The notes: generated by a model from the letters alone, not told the origin. A stretch of DNA of 63,722 nt, filler included, from Octopus bimaculoides (GCF_001194135.2; 6 parts of 6 records of this genome joined end to end with filler, not necessarily neighbours in it); one strand, 5' to 3'; positions 12,042-23,806 are shown, counted from the whole stretch's first letter. A program made the numbers and translations.

Positions 12042-13078
12042 AAACACGTGTGTTTCGAAACACGATTTCATATCAAGAATTGAGCATAACAAACAAACAA
12101 ACAAACAAACAAATAAGTAAATAAATAAATAAAACAAAATATTGTGGTGAAATACATATTTTGATATTTTATTTCTAGGCCAACTGTTTCTATAGTTGAC
12201 CTAGATGGTGATATAGGAAAATTTCCTTGGGATGTCTTCAGCATGAAGAACATATTGTTAAATAGAGAGAAGGTTAACACACTTAATGTATGTTGATACC
12301 CTCAAAATATTTAATCTATTAAAAACTACTTGTGTAATGAAAAGGAATATCATTAGCATTCATGATAACTCTTGTAAAAAAAAAAAAGGAGCAAGGGAGA
12401 TAATTCCAAAATGAAAACTAATTAAAAATTGAATAGGGGTGGATACAACCAGTGGGAGTTGTGACGTAGAAATCAACTGTACTACCACACCGCATGTCAT
12501 ACCGCTATTCAATTTATAATTAATTTGGGTGCCTGAGTTACCTTCCTTGTCTCTCAGGACAAGAATTATCAATAACGCTAGTGATTTTCTCTTTCATTGC
12601 GAGAAAGTAATTTTAATTGTTTAAACATGTTAGGGCTTCTTTATTCGTTAGAGTTACTGTATAAATGGTACGATTTACTGACTAAAAAACTATGTTATTC
12701 ATATATTCTGAGGCAATGCCCTTAAATACTCTTAGCTCTATGTAGGTGATAGCTTCAGTAATCGATTCTTGTTGGCCATGGTCTATATGTTAGTACAATG
12801 TGTTATGGTCCAGTAGTCGTCATTAGTTATATTAATGGCGACTAGTGGATACTATACTAATGGTAACTACTAGGTACTATGACCTAATAAAACTTCCTGT
12901 TTGTTAAACATTATATCTATAGAATGATCCAGTAATCTCCGTTAATATGACTGTTGTTAGCTAAAGTAGCATGACTTTTTAATACTACCTCGTATGTAGA
13001 TGCTTTTGCACGCACACACACACACACACACATGTATGTATGTATGCATGTATGTATGTATGTATGTATATACATGCA

Positions 13079-14306
13079 CAGACATGACAGAAGTAAATAG
13101 ATACCCTTATAATCATTAAAATTTATTTAAATCTGAAATTATACATTCAAATTATTTATTAATTGTTATAATGTGGATATTTTATATTTGGTAGATATGC
13201 CCTTTGCATTGAAAAATGCAAGAGCCCTATTAGGTATGTTCCTAATCAGATGGCGAATATTCTCTTGCGGAATTTCATGCCAAGTTTCATGCAGTAATCT
13301 CAAAAGATCTGGCTTTGGAAATGTTTTCTTGCTCTTTTTATGAAGTGTCTTGTCCTTTATGTCCCCTTTATGTTCAGTAGGGTTCATATCTGGTGAGTGG
13401 CTTGGTCATGGAATCTTTTTAATGCCATTCTCATCCAACAAATCGTGGGTGATTTTAACCGTGTGACAAAAAGCCCTGTCTTTTATAAATAAAGTCTTCT
13501 TTAATCATTTCATCACTGTAGAAGATTGGAAGGAGTCCTTTCTTCAATATGGACACATATTTATCTAAGTTTATGTTTCCCTCACACTCCACCAGCTCTG
13601 ATTGACCATTGCTCCAAATTGCTCCCCAGACCATCACAGAATAGCTGTCTTATTTCATTGCTGGCAGCAATCTTTTCATGTCAAATTCTTGATCTCCAGA
13701 CCCATACTCGATCACTGCCAGGAAATAAAGCAAATCTGGACTCATCAGAGAATGTGACAGTGTCCCAAAATGCTAGTGGCCTCACCACCATCTCACTGGC
13801 CCAATCTTTTTTCGACTTGATATTGGCTGATTGAAGAAGTGGCTTTCTTCTTACTACTCTGTTATAGTAACCAAGTTTGTGGAGATACCTGACAGCTGTT
13901 CTGGGACTGACATCAACTTATTCTGCTGTCAGAGGCCTTGCAACGAGGATTATCCTCCACACTTCTCTTAACAAAGAGAAAGGTCCTGTCAGAGGACCCT
14001 GGTTGATCTGGGTGAGGTGATGTGGACTCCTTCCCTTCTCTGAGGAATCATTCTATTAACTGTAGAAAGTGGGATCCCAAGGTTTTCTGCGATTTTATAC
14101 TATGTCCACCTTTAGATTGACCCACAATACGGCCTCTTTGAAATTTAGTCAGTTCTAAGGCTTCTTTTGTACATGTCTTAATTAAACAGTCACGTATAGA
14201 ACCTGAAACATAAAAATGTCAATTAGTAAAAAATATAAACCTTTACAAGTTAGAATAAACATAAAACGATGTTTTATGCGGTGTCTATTTATTTTTGTTA
14301 TGACTG
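13079..14306 (-). mobile_element. Full-length decayed Tc1-like transposon (~1.23 kb)
   Basis: 27-nt TIRs: CAGACATGACAGAAGTAAATAGATACC (13079-) versus the reverse complement of the right end CAGTCATAACAAAAATAAATAGACACC, with TA at 14307-14308. Minus-strand motifs: ELTKFQRGRIVG (paired-like), [20 protein letters not shown] and the C-terminal WHEIPQENIRHLIRNIPNRA...AKGISTKY. Confidence 0.9.
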
Positions 14307-14383
14307 TACACACACACACACATATAAGTTGAATAAAGTTAGAAAAAGTCTGGTTTTTACTTTTTTTATTGGTGTATTTTAAC

Positions 14384-14424
14384 AAAATTAACGATTTCAT
14401 ACACGGTGTACTCATCTGATTTCA
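14384..14424 (-). ncRNA. Decayed minimal hammerhead motif (core reads CAGAUGA)
   Basis: GAAAT-CAGATGA-GTACA CCG TGTAT-GAAA-TCGT-TA-ATTTT; mirror copy of 15026-15068. Confidence 0.45.
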
Positions 14425-15025
14425 ATTGTGTTTAACTGACAGTTTAGTTCTTGACAACTTTAGTATCTCTTAGAATGCTCCAACCAAGTGAATTTTTCGA
14501 ATACCTTTCTGATCAATCCGCATGCTCTTAAAAATCAGTTTGCCAGGCGTACCGATCTTCTGTAACTTGTTTATATTTATTAATCCACATCATATTATTG
14601 CTTTTATTTCCGTTCAGGACAGGTTTGGATATTTTAATAAACCGTTTTCCTTTTTATCTTTCTTCCAACCTCATTTGTGTCTTGTAGTTTGTGGAAAGGA
14701 AACATTAGAAATATTTTCTGACCACATGTCTCTAATGGTGTTCCGGATTTGTTGTCTGTGGGCTCGTAAGCGTTCCTATAATGCAATCCTTGTCACGCCT
14801 ATATATAATTACTCGCAATTCGGGCATTTAATGCAGTAGATCAAATTTTTACTTTTGCAGTACATATTTGCATCTGCAAAAATCTGTCCAGTTTTTGTTC
14901 CAATGGATCTACTCGTATGCATTTATTGACACGTCTCACATCTGTTATCATTACACTTGGATACTGGTTGGAGCGTTCTTAGAGATACTAAAGTTGTCAA
15001 GAACTCAACAGTCAGTTAAACACAT

Positions 15026-15068
15026 TTGAAATCTGATGAGTACATTATGTATGAAAGTGTTAAGTTTG
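15026..15068 (+). ncRNA. Minimal hammerhead-like motif with intact CUGAUGA/GAAA core but weak helices I and III
   Basis: AAAT-CTGATGA-GTACA TTA TGTAT-GAAA-GTGT-TA-AGTTT. Confidence 0.5.
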
Positions 15069-15159
15069 TTAAAATACCATAATAAAAAACGTGAAAACCA
15101 AACTGTCTTAACTTTATTCAACTGATGTATTATTGTCTATACATTTACATAATTTCGAG

Positions 15160-15200
<41 letters not shown>

Positions 15201-15205
<5 letters not shown>

Positions 15206-15450
15206 TTAAATATAGGATAAAAATCTTTATAAAAATTTATCAAGTAGTTAGCGTGAAAAACCTCATAAGGGAAAAAATTTTTAATTATTCCCTATAATGT
15301 CTCCTAGAGTGAGGCATTTATGTATAGTAATGCTCTTAATATAAATAAATATATTTATAGGGAATAATTAATAAATGTTTCCTTTATGAGGTCTTTCACG
15401 CTAACTACTTTATAAATTCTTATAAAGATTATATCCTATATTTAAATTGT
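15201..15450. repeat. Imperfect inverted repeat, ~94-bp arms with a ~60-bp spacer
   Basis: ACAATTTAAATATAGGATA... pairs with ...TATCCTATATTTAAATTGT. The spacer (CTCCTAGAGTGAGGCATTTATGTATAGTAATGC) is duplicated at ~15791-15840. Confidence 0.9.
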
Positions 15451-15640
15451 AAATTTAACCGGAATATATTCAGTGCTGAATTTTATTCTGAATAAACACG
15501 TGTACCGAGATGCAATTCGAAAAGTCTGCCTCTTACATAGATATATAAGTGTGAACAATTTCTATGTACTATGCTGGATACATGTGGTGTTCATCTGGTA
15601 TGTTTATTTTTGTTTATTTTTATATGTCTTGACTATGCTC

Positions 15641-15695
15641 GCACTGACGATTAAAAAATGCATTTTGTGCACTAATCATGAAATCATATGATATG
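15641..15695 (+). ncRNA. Partly decayed minimal hammerhead motif
   Basis: GCA-CTGACGA-(disrupted helix II)-GAAA-TCATATGA-TA-TGC. Helix III ATCATATGAT is a perfect palindrome. Confidence 0.45.
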
Positions 15696-15968
15696 CTGCT
15701 GAGTCTGATTTTAGAAGGCTCGCTTCGAGAGTTGCATTCCTTCGCGTTCGGTAAAAATGTGTTTATTATGGTAGTTTTGACTTTAAGAGTCCCTCCTAGC
15801 GTGAGGCATTTATGTATAGTAATGCCCTTAATATAAATAAAAAATATTACAAATAAAAGGGTAAAGGATTATTAATTTATTAAAAAATTAATAATTAATA
15901 ATTTTTACCAAGCCCTTCGGTATGTAAACACCATTATTGGTGAAGAACTTATTTAAAAGTTCTTATAC

Positions 15969-16058
15969 ATTTATAAACATAATTAAGGGATCAGCAACAG
16001 TTGAACTTCGGTATGTGGTGAAGCAACTGTTGCTGATCCCTTAATTATGTTTATAAAT
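15969..16058. repeat. Perfect 35-bp inverted repeat with a 20-nt loop at a contig end
   Basis: 15969-16003 is the exact reverse complement of 16024-16058, and an N-gap follows immediately. Confidence 0.9.
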
Positions 16059-16274
16059 NNNNNNNNNNNNNNNNNNNNNNNNNNNNNNNNNNNNNNNNNN
16101 NNNNNNNNNNNNNNNNNNNNNNNNNNNNNNNNNNNNNNNNNNNNNNNNNNNNNNNNNNNNNNNNNNNNNNNNNNNNNNNNNNNNNNNNNNNNNNNNNNNN
16201 NNNNNNNNNNNNNNNNNNNNNNNNNNNNNNNNNNNNNNNNNNNNNNNNNNNNNNNNNNNNNNNNNNNNNNNNNN

Positions 16275-16560
16275 ATGAAAAACTTGTTCTTACCTTAGGA
16301 AGAACATTCGAAAATGGACAACCCAGATTAAGGATAATGCAGGACCGGTTTCAGACTCTTCAAATACGTTTCACAACGTAAATCTGATCAGTCTTCATCA
16401 GCTGCATTTACCTAGACAATATTTCAAATTTTTCATGTTTATTCCACACACGCATTTTTGCCAGTATATACGCAGTGAAGCTATACAATAGCGTCGTATT
16501 TATATCGATTGCTATTTTCCAGTAAATATCGGTGCCTTGTTGTACCACTCTTCTGAATTT
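16275..16560 (-). mobile_element. Penelope-like pseudo-LTR fragment carrying a hammerhead ribozyme
   Basis: Contains the HHR at 16336-16408 and lies in the PLE-rich 14.3-16.8 kb block. There is no ORF evidence, so the PLE assignment is inferred. Confidence 0.55.
16336..16408 (-). ncRNA. Minimal type I hammerhead ribozyme, GUC cleavage triplet
   Basis: AATGCAG-CTGATGA-AGACT...AGTCT-GAAA-CCGG-TC-CTGCATT: 7-bp helix I, 5-bp basal helix II with an inner TACGTT/AACGTA stem, and palindromic helix III ACCGGU. Predicted cut between 16343 and 16342. Confidence 0.88.
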
Positions 16561-18232
16561 ATATATATATATATACCCTTATAGGGCTATGTTTTGCTGG
16601 AAATTAATACTTTGGTATTGAAATATTTTTCATATATATATATATATATATATATTACAAAGATAATCTGGAACTCGCTGAGGATAGAAAACTCCGAATG
16701 ACCCCTACTTTCTTTCCTTGTATCGTCTGTCTGGATATTTTGTTGTCACTTTTTTGTATCACCTAACTGTGTGGATGTTTTGCGTTCTTGTCCCATTTTT
16801 GTATTTAGATATATATATATGTGTGTGTGCTTGCATATATGCGTATGTATGCATGTGCATAGATGATGATAGAGAGAGAGGGAGAAAGAAGGAGGACAGA
16901 CAGACAGATAGATAGTTATATAGACAGACATACAGACAGACAGACAGACAGGCAGACAGACAGATATGGATAACATTATATATATAGATCTGTAAACGTG
17001 TTTATGCACATATTACACAGTAAACTTCTTGAGTGTTTTTCGATGCACCTTTCCATGGCTTACAGCTGTATTCTCCTGATTAAGAGCCTTATTTGTTGGT
17101 TTAGTTCTCAAGAGTGCTTCGCTATCAAAAATGATAGGGAAGCTGTTAGCTGCGCATGTAAGCTTTAAAAAAATCACAGGTAGAAGTTATTGCATGGATC
17201 TATGTATGCTTGTATGTATGTATATATGTATGTATGTACGTATGTATGTATGTATGTATGTATGTATGTATTAGTATATGTATGTATGTATGTATGTTTC
17301 TGTGTGTGTCTGTGTATGTAAGCTTGCATGTATGCATTCATGTGTTTTCACGTATATGTATTCACACACAAACATATATGTATGTGTATGCATATACATA
17401 CATATATATATATATATATATANNNNNNNNNNNNNNNNNNNNNNNNNNNNNNNNNNNNNNNNNNNNNNNNNNNNNNNNNNNNNNNNNNNNNNNNNNNNNN
17501 NNNNNNNNNNNNNNNNNNNNNNNNNNNNNNNNNNNNNNNNNNNNNNNNNNNNNNNNNNNNNNNNNNNNNNNNNNNNNNNNNNNNNNNNNNNNNNNNNNNN
17601 NNNNNNNNNNNNNNNNNNNNNNNNNNNNNNNNNNNNNNNNNNNNNNNNNNNNNNNNNNNNNNNNNNNNNNNNNNNNNNNNNNNNNNNNNNNNNNNNNNNN
17701 NNNNNNNNNNNNNNNNNNNNNNNNNNNNNNNNNNNNNNNNNNNNNNNNNNNNNNNNNNNNNNNNNNNNNNNNNNNNNNNNNNNNNNNNNNNNNNNNNNNN
17801 NNNNNNNNNNNNNNNNNNNNNNNNNNNNNNNNNNNNNNNNNNNNNNNNNNNNNNNNNNNNNNNNNNNNNNNNNNNNNNNNNNNNNNNNNNNNNNNNNNNN
17901 NNNNNNNNNNNNNNNNNNNNNNNNNNNNNNNNNNNNNNNNNNNNNNNNNNNNNNNNNNNNNNNNNNNNNNNNNNNNNNNNNNNNNNNNNNNNNNNNNNNN
18001 NNNNNNNNNNNNNNNNNNNNNNNNNNNNNNNNNNNNNNNNNNNNNNNNNNNNNNNNNNNNNNNNNNNNNNNNNNNNNNNNNNNNNNNNNNNNNNNNNNNN
18101 NNNNNNNNNNNNNNNNNNNNNNNNNNNNNNNNNNNNNNNNNNNNNNNNNNNNNNNNNNNNNNNNNNNNNNNNNNNNNNNNNNNNNNNNNNNNGGAGCGAG
18201 ATAAACTCACAATATGAAATAAGCAGATATAT

Positions 18233-18286
18233 CCTTATCACGTGATTTCGAACTCTGTTCGTTTTAATCTTAGTTCTCATCAGAGA
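18233..18286 (-). ncRNA. Minimal type I hammerhead ribozyme, AUA triplet
   Basis: TCT-CTGATGA-GAACT...AGTTC-GAAA-TCACGTGA-TA-AGG: canonical G10.1-C11.1 pair, 10-nt palindromic helix III ATCACGTGAT, and a helix I of only 3 bp. Confidence 0.72.
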
Positions 18287-18335
18287 CTTTCTCTGATACC
18301 CCGGACTAAAAGGGTAGAAGAATAAGAATAAGATG

Positions 18336-18336
18336 G

Positions 18337-18375
<39 letters not shown>

Positions 18376-18423
18376 CGATCGTGAAGATGATGATGATCAT
18401 CATCATCATAATGATCATGATGA
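18336..18423. repeat. (GAT)n/(CAT)n microsatellite
   Basis: Direct read. Confidence 0.93.
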
Positions 18424-18486
18424 ATATGTGTATTTATATGTGCATGTGCATAGATGATGATAGAGAGAGAGGGAGAAAGAAGGAGG

Positions 18487-18633
<147 letters not shown>

Positions 18634-19094
18634 TTCGATGGAAAATCTTGAGTGTTAGACAAGTACACGTATATTAATACAGTTGTATATATTTCAATAA
18701 TAATTAGCATCATCTATGTGAATTTATATATATATATATACATTATGTGTGTGTATGTGTTTATATATGTACGTACGTATGCATACGTATATACATGTGA
18801 GTCTATGCGTGCGTACGTTTGTATGTAAACACATGAGCATGTAATATTGAATAGATACTATTTTTTTTTCTATATATTACATGTCGTAATATGCATAACA
18901 TCCATAACGATGCTTATTCACGCTTCACATCACATTGCACGGATGTCAGCACCTTTTTCAGTCTTCATTTTTTTTTTTCATTGATTTCTCTTACATGTTC
19001 CATTTCTTTCATGTCTTTCGCTTTCGTGTCCACCATATTTAACTTATGTAATATATTTTTTTAACAACATCACATCCTTGTTCTCCACACTTAC

Positions 19095-19113
19095 CACCTA
19101 CATATTCTGAAAT
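19095..19113 (-). CDS. Candidate microexon (19 nt, ISEYVG; or 12 nt, EYVG, from the second AG)
   Basis: Minus strand: TCCTTCCATTTTTTCCTCCCTTCAG|ATTTCAG|AATATGTAGGTG|GTAAGT. Splice signals only; no homology evidence. Confidence 0.35.
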
Positions 19114-19304
19114 CTGAAGGGAGGAAAAAATGGAAGGACTTCGAAAACATTGCATACGTTACAGCATTCCACCACGCCTACCTCATAACCTTCGCTTGTA
19201 TTACTAAAAACCTCCCCGCTTTTCTCAAGCTCCTTATTCTTATAACTTTTTCCTCCTAAGCTTATCTATCTATCTATCTATCTATCTATGTTTATTTATT
19301 AATC

Positions 19305-19423
<119 letters not shown>

Positions 19424-20951
19424 ATGTATATATATATATATATAGACGAGTAAAATTAATGGACATCGACCCACCCTATTTCTATCCACACACCCCTCTT
19501 CTTAGTTCCATGGGTACTTATAAATATTCTCTCTCTCTTTTTGTATCTTTTCTTTGCCGTAATTTTCTTGTTACTTTTTCTTAATCTATTTTCTCAGTCC
19601 TTTCAATATTTGCAAATAATCTGTCTTTCTGTCTCTCTTGTTATGTTTCATTCTCACATTATTTTATCTTTTTCGTCTTCCCTTCTCTGCATTCATCCCT
19701 GCTATTTTTTCCTTTATTTTCTTCATAATTGTTTCAAACATGATTACCACGTCTTCATTTTTGCTTTTTCACTTGTCTATCCTAAAATATATAATTTATA
19801 TTATATATTTTCAAAGACTTCTTTTGTATGTTTTAATGTAGTTTTTTTTTTAAATCAATACGTATTTGACTGTATAGATAAATATAGCGTCTATGTGCGT
19901 GTGTGTATCAACTGGAACATGTATATGTGCGTGAGTATAGAGGTTTGTGAGTATGTATTTCTGTATATGTGGGTACGTGTTTGTATGTATATATTTGTAA
20001 GAAATTAGTAGTATTATTCGTAGAGTTAAGAATTATATATAATTCATTTCATGAATACCAATAGAAAAAAAACACCTCTTCTGATGTTCTTGGTAAAATA
20101 ATACAATCATAATTACTCAGTACATAGTTTGTAAGCTCAATATGAAATAGATTTCAAGCTTAATAAATGCGATAGATTTTAATTCAAACAGCCCAGACGA
20201 CGTATATGTGTGTGGCGTGGGGTTGTTTGTGAGAATATACACAAATATTTTTGTACTTTACGGAAGTTATATTGAGTAAGGTGCTGTTATGGAAATTAAT
20301 AATGCAATGTATTTGTGTTTGTAAATTAAGTCTTTACCGGTATGTCATTCTATTGGGCAATGTCGAGGTAATATCTAATTGCTAGAAAGGGAGAGAGCAG
20401 ATAGGAAAGCTGATACACGACTACCAGTGAAGGCCAGGAGAAAGTTAAACAGGCAGCAGTTTAAATAACGGGAAAAGGCTCGCAGATTATTATTGGTGAC
20501 TTATAGTCAAGAATTTGACTGGCTAAAATAACACATATGACAATGGCGAACGGAATTAAAATGTCGTCTGCATAAGAATGCCATTTCTGTGTGAGTGTGT
20601 GTGTGTATATGTGTGTGTGTATATGTGTGTGTGTGTATATGTGTGTGTGTATATGTGTGTGTGTGTGCGTATGTATCTGTGTGTGTGTCTGTGTGTAATC
20701 CATCTTTCTTTCTCTCTCTCTCTCTTATTCTCTCTCTTTCACTCGCTCTCTTTCACTCGCTCTCTTTCTCTCTCTCTCTTTCTCTTTCACCCTCTCTCTC
20801 TCTCTCACTTACACACTCACATGTATATATATTTAAACATAGATGGATGGATGAAGGGAAGAAGAGATGGATGGAAAGGTAGTGAGGTGTGTAGGTAGGT
20901 AGGTAGGTAGGTAAGTAGTGAAGGAGAAAGACAGAGAAAGAAAGATATATA

Positions 20952-21010
20952 TCTTTTATCTTTTAGGTGTTTCAGTCATTTTAATTGCGGCCATGATGGG
21001 ACATCGCCTT
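20952..21010 (-). mobile_element. SINE family B tail only
   Basis: GTGTTTCAGTCATTTTAATTGCGGCCATGATGGGACATCGCC. Confidence 0.65.
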
Positions 21011-21995
21011 ATAAAGCTCTGAATTCAAATTGACTTACCACTGCTGGCTTACAGTATTCTTTTGAGGAAAAGCTTAGGAGAAGGTACTCCGGTATAAAAC
21101 CTGCAGTCAACTTAGTACTAGTCATTTTGTTTTGTTTGTCACTGGAATCTACTATTTTAACCCAGAGAGTGGCAAAAGTGTTGTACAAGCGTTTGTCACT
21201 GAAATCTAATGAAATGCAGATGTTCCCGACAAAACACCATCATCGTACAATCATCACTTTTCAAAAGTCCTATGGCGATTGAGGCATGGCGACGTATGCA
21301 GACTTGACAGATTAGAAGCATACAGCAACAAATCTGAACATAAGGCGGTAGGGTTCTTATCTTAACATCGCTAACATGTTTTCATGGACAGGAACTGTTT
21401 TCGATGGAGAATCCTGCGCCTGAGCAGCCCTTTTAAGGAGAACACTGCTCACCTGGATATACTGGGAAGGTGCTAGAAAAGGTGTACTAAAAATTGTCTG
21501 TCTTGTCTCTGCTGGTTAGTTTACTGCGGCTAACAGTGGTTCAGTTGAGCAGGAATGGACAAAGAATTGATATAAACAAGTATGCAAGGAATAAGGTTTC
21601 TCTTTACCTGGCCTGTTTGAATATGAGAACTCTTTTAGATCGAACCGATAGGCCTGAAAGAACAGTTCTAGTAGCTAAGGAGCTAAGGCATCTTAATGTT
21701 GATGTTGCAGCTCTTTCTGAAATAAGATGTTCAGATGAAGATCATCTTGTCGAAAGAGCGGCAGGTTTCGTGTTATTCTGGATTGGGAAGCCAAAGGGAG
21801 AGAAAAGGGAAGGTGGTGTTGGGTTTGCAATTAGAAGTGATTTACTAAAAGATCTAGAACAACCACAAAGCATAAATATCCGCATGATGAAACTCCGGAT
21901 CCCTTTTTCTTGTGGACGTTTTGTAACTGTTTTCTCTATTTATGCTCCTACGCTTTTCGTTTCCTTTAGAAGTGACGAATTAGGCAAATTCTACC
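21011..21995 (+). mobile_element. RTE-clade LINE, 5' UTR plus N-terminal APE endonuclease, 3'-truncated
   Basis: ORF 21494-22030: ACLNMRTLLD...VAKELRHLNVDVAALSEIR...FWIG...REGGVGFAIR...RMMKLRIP...SIYAPTL are classic RTE/BovB-type APE motifs. Similarity stops at ~21995. Confidence 0.88.
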
Positions 21996-22679
21996 GCAGA
22001 AAATCTTGTTCTGTACTTTTCCAGGTGTAATAACTTAAGAATATTAACATGCATGCGCCTGCATTTTTCATTGTAAACCACTTTTTTTCAGGCAATACAA
22101 TAAAACAAATAAATATTCTTTTGTTGAAAAATATTTCAACTAAATGAAACCTGCTTGTATATTTATTTCCTTTAAAATGAATAATACTTTAGGTCAATGA
22201 GAAACGTAATTATAACTGTAAAAAAATATTAGATCTTATATCTTCATTGTATATAAAATTTTTATATTGAAACAAAGTGCGTAATACGAACGCTAAAAAG
22301 GAAAGTGCGAAAATTCATTATGAAAAATAATTTTCTATATAATAGTGAATATTAATGTAATACTAATTTTATTATAAAATCAAGAAATAAATTGGCTATA
22401 TCTATATCTAGTAAGAAGAGCTAGCAAGAAGAGGTGTGAGAATATATCAACTATCTGGTAAGAAGAGAATTTGATCATATGAATAGTAAAGCCATGGCTA
22501 ATATAAAGATGATTTTAAAAATGCAAAAATTGCTAATGCATCCACCGCAAGGCAGGAGGAGCCATCTACCCTTGTTAGGACAAAGTTAGTTTGTTGGTCG
22601 AAATTTATGCAAAATAGAAGTGAAGCCTGCAATTCAGCTGTTGTTCTTGTCAACTTGCCCAAAAATAAAAAATAAAATC

Positions 22680-22723
22680 TGACTCCTGCTACTCTGACTC
22701 CTGCTACTCTGACTCCTGCTACT
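22680..22723. repeat. 15-bp tandem repeat (CTGACTCCTGCTACT) x3
   Basis: Direct read. Confidence 0.92.
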
Positions 22724-23236
22724 TTGTCAATTTTCCCAAAGAAATAATAATCTAAATTCTGTTACACTTAATATTGAATTAAAGTTTAAAAGCAAGCAAA
22801 AAATCTTGTTAAAACTTCAGTTCTTACAACTTTGGTCGTCGTAATGTTTTGCTTTCGTTTGCTTAATAAAAATTCCTCCTCGCATAATGATTTTGCTTTC
22901 ATTTTGTGATAAGACGACCATCATGCAGAAAATGCCAGCTCCTAAATCCTATTTTCTGATTACGTGAAAATCATTAAACTTTAAACCTCAGTAACATTTT
23001 TCTGCAATAAATATGTGTGTATGTATGCATGTATGTATGTATGTATGTATGTGTATGTATGCATGTGTGTGTGAGAGAGAGAGAGAGCGTTTATTTAAGA
23101 TGGACAGCAGAAAAGAGTTCACTTGTCATCAATTGTTATCAACTTACTCCCACCTCTCCTTAAAGCTATGTATTCGTCACACCTTTGTTTCCCTTCATGG
23201 GCGTTTTAACAGTTACTTATGTGTATGTGCGTGCAT

Positions 23237-23270
<34 letters not shown>

Positions 23271-23527
23271 ACGAAAGTATATATGTAGCGTCGCATGTAT
23301 ATCCCTGAAGTCGATTTTTCAAGCGTTATTCTTCCCTTTTTGACTTCACATATTTGAAATCTTAACTTTTTTCTTACTGAACCAAATTTCAAATTCTATA
23401 GCTCAAGATTATTCACACACTGCCGTGTGTGAATGATTTTTATTGCAATATGGTGTATTCTATGAATATGAGGTAGATCTTTGCAAGATACCCAAATACT
23501 GAATTGAATCAAATATTTTGCAATATT

Positions 23528-23727
23528 GGTTTCCAATTTTAGCAGAAGGCCATCAATTCCGGAGCGGTGGGAAGTTGATTATATCGACTTCAATGTTCAG
23601 TTGATACTCATTTTATGGAATACCGAAAAGATAAAAAACAAAGACGACTTTGGTGGAATTTGAACTCAGAATGTAAAAACAGACGAAATGCCGCGAAGCT
23701 TTCACCCTTTGTGTTAACGACTCTGAA
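23528..23727 (-). mobile_element. SINE family A, diverged
   Basis: GGAATTTGAACTCAGAATGTAAAAACAGACGAAATGCCGC head plus a degenerate body. Confidence 0.75.
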
Positions 23728-23806
23728 TTAGTACGTCGAATTAGTACCGGAATAAGAAATATTACTTGAGAATTGTTTTACGTACTTTTGGCACATTTAG
23801 CTTATA

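Larger units (their letters stand above)
14327..15123 (-). mobile_element. Penelope-like element remnant: GIY-YIG fragment flanked by ~163-bp inverted pseudo-LTR copies
   Basis: The minus-strand spacer translates KCNDNRCETCQ*...YCKSKNLIYCIKCPNCE*LYIGVTRIAL*ERLRAHRQQIRN. Arms 14327-14489 and 14962-15123 are inverted copies, each with an HHR-like motif. Confidence 0.85.

Noticed and set aside
13741-13749. CTGATGAG on the minus strand as a hammerhead core
   Set aside because: It is the coding sequence of the Tc1 FSDES motif, with no helix II/GAAA arrangement.
15969-16058. Perfect 35-bp hairpin as a functional RNA (pre-miRNA-like)
   Set aside because: 100% identical arms ending exactly at a gap suggest a contig-end fold-back artefact. 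Needs long reads before any claim.
21040-21059. Minus-strand 20-nt exon-like segment (EYCKPAV) with a GTAAGT donor, frame-compatible with the 19095-19113 candidate
   Set aside because: It lies within what appears to be the RTE 5' UTR, so the signals are likely coincidental. Antisense exonisation cannot be excluded without RNA data.
22680-22723. Short direct repeats as a CRISPR-like array
   Set aside because: Contiguous tandem units without spacers in a eukaryotic context, and no cas genes.
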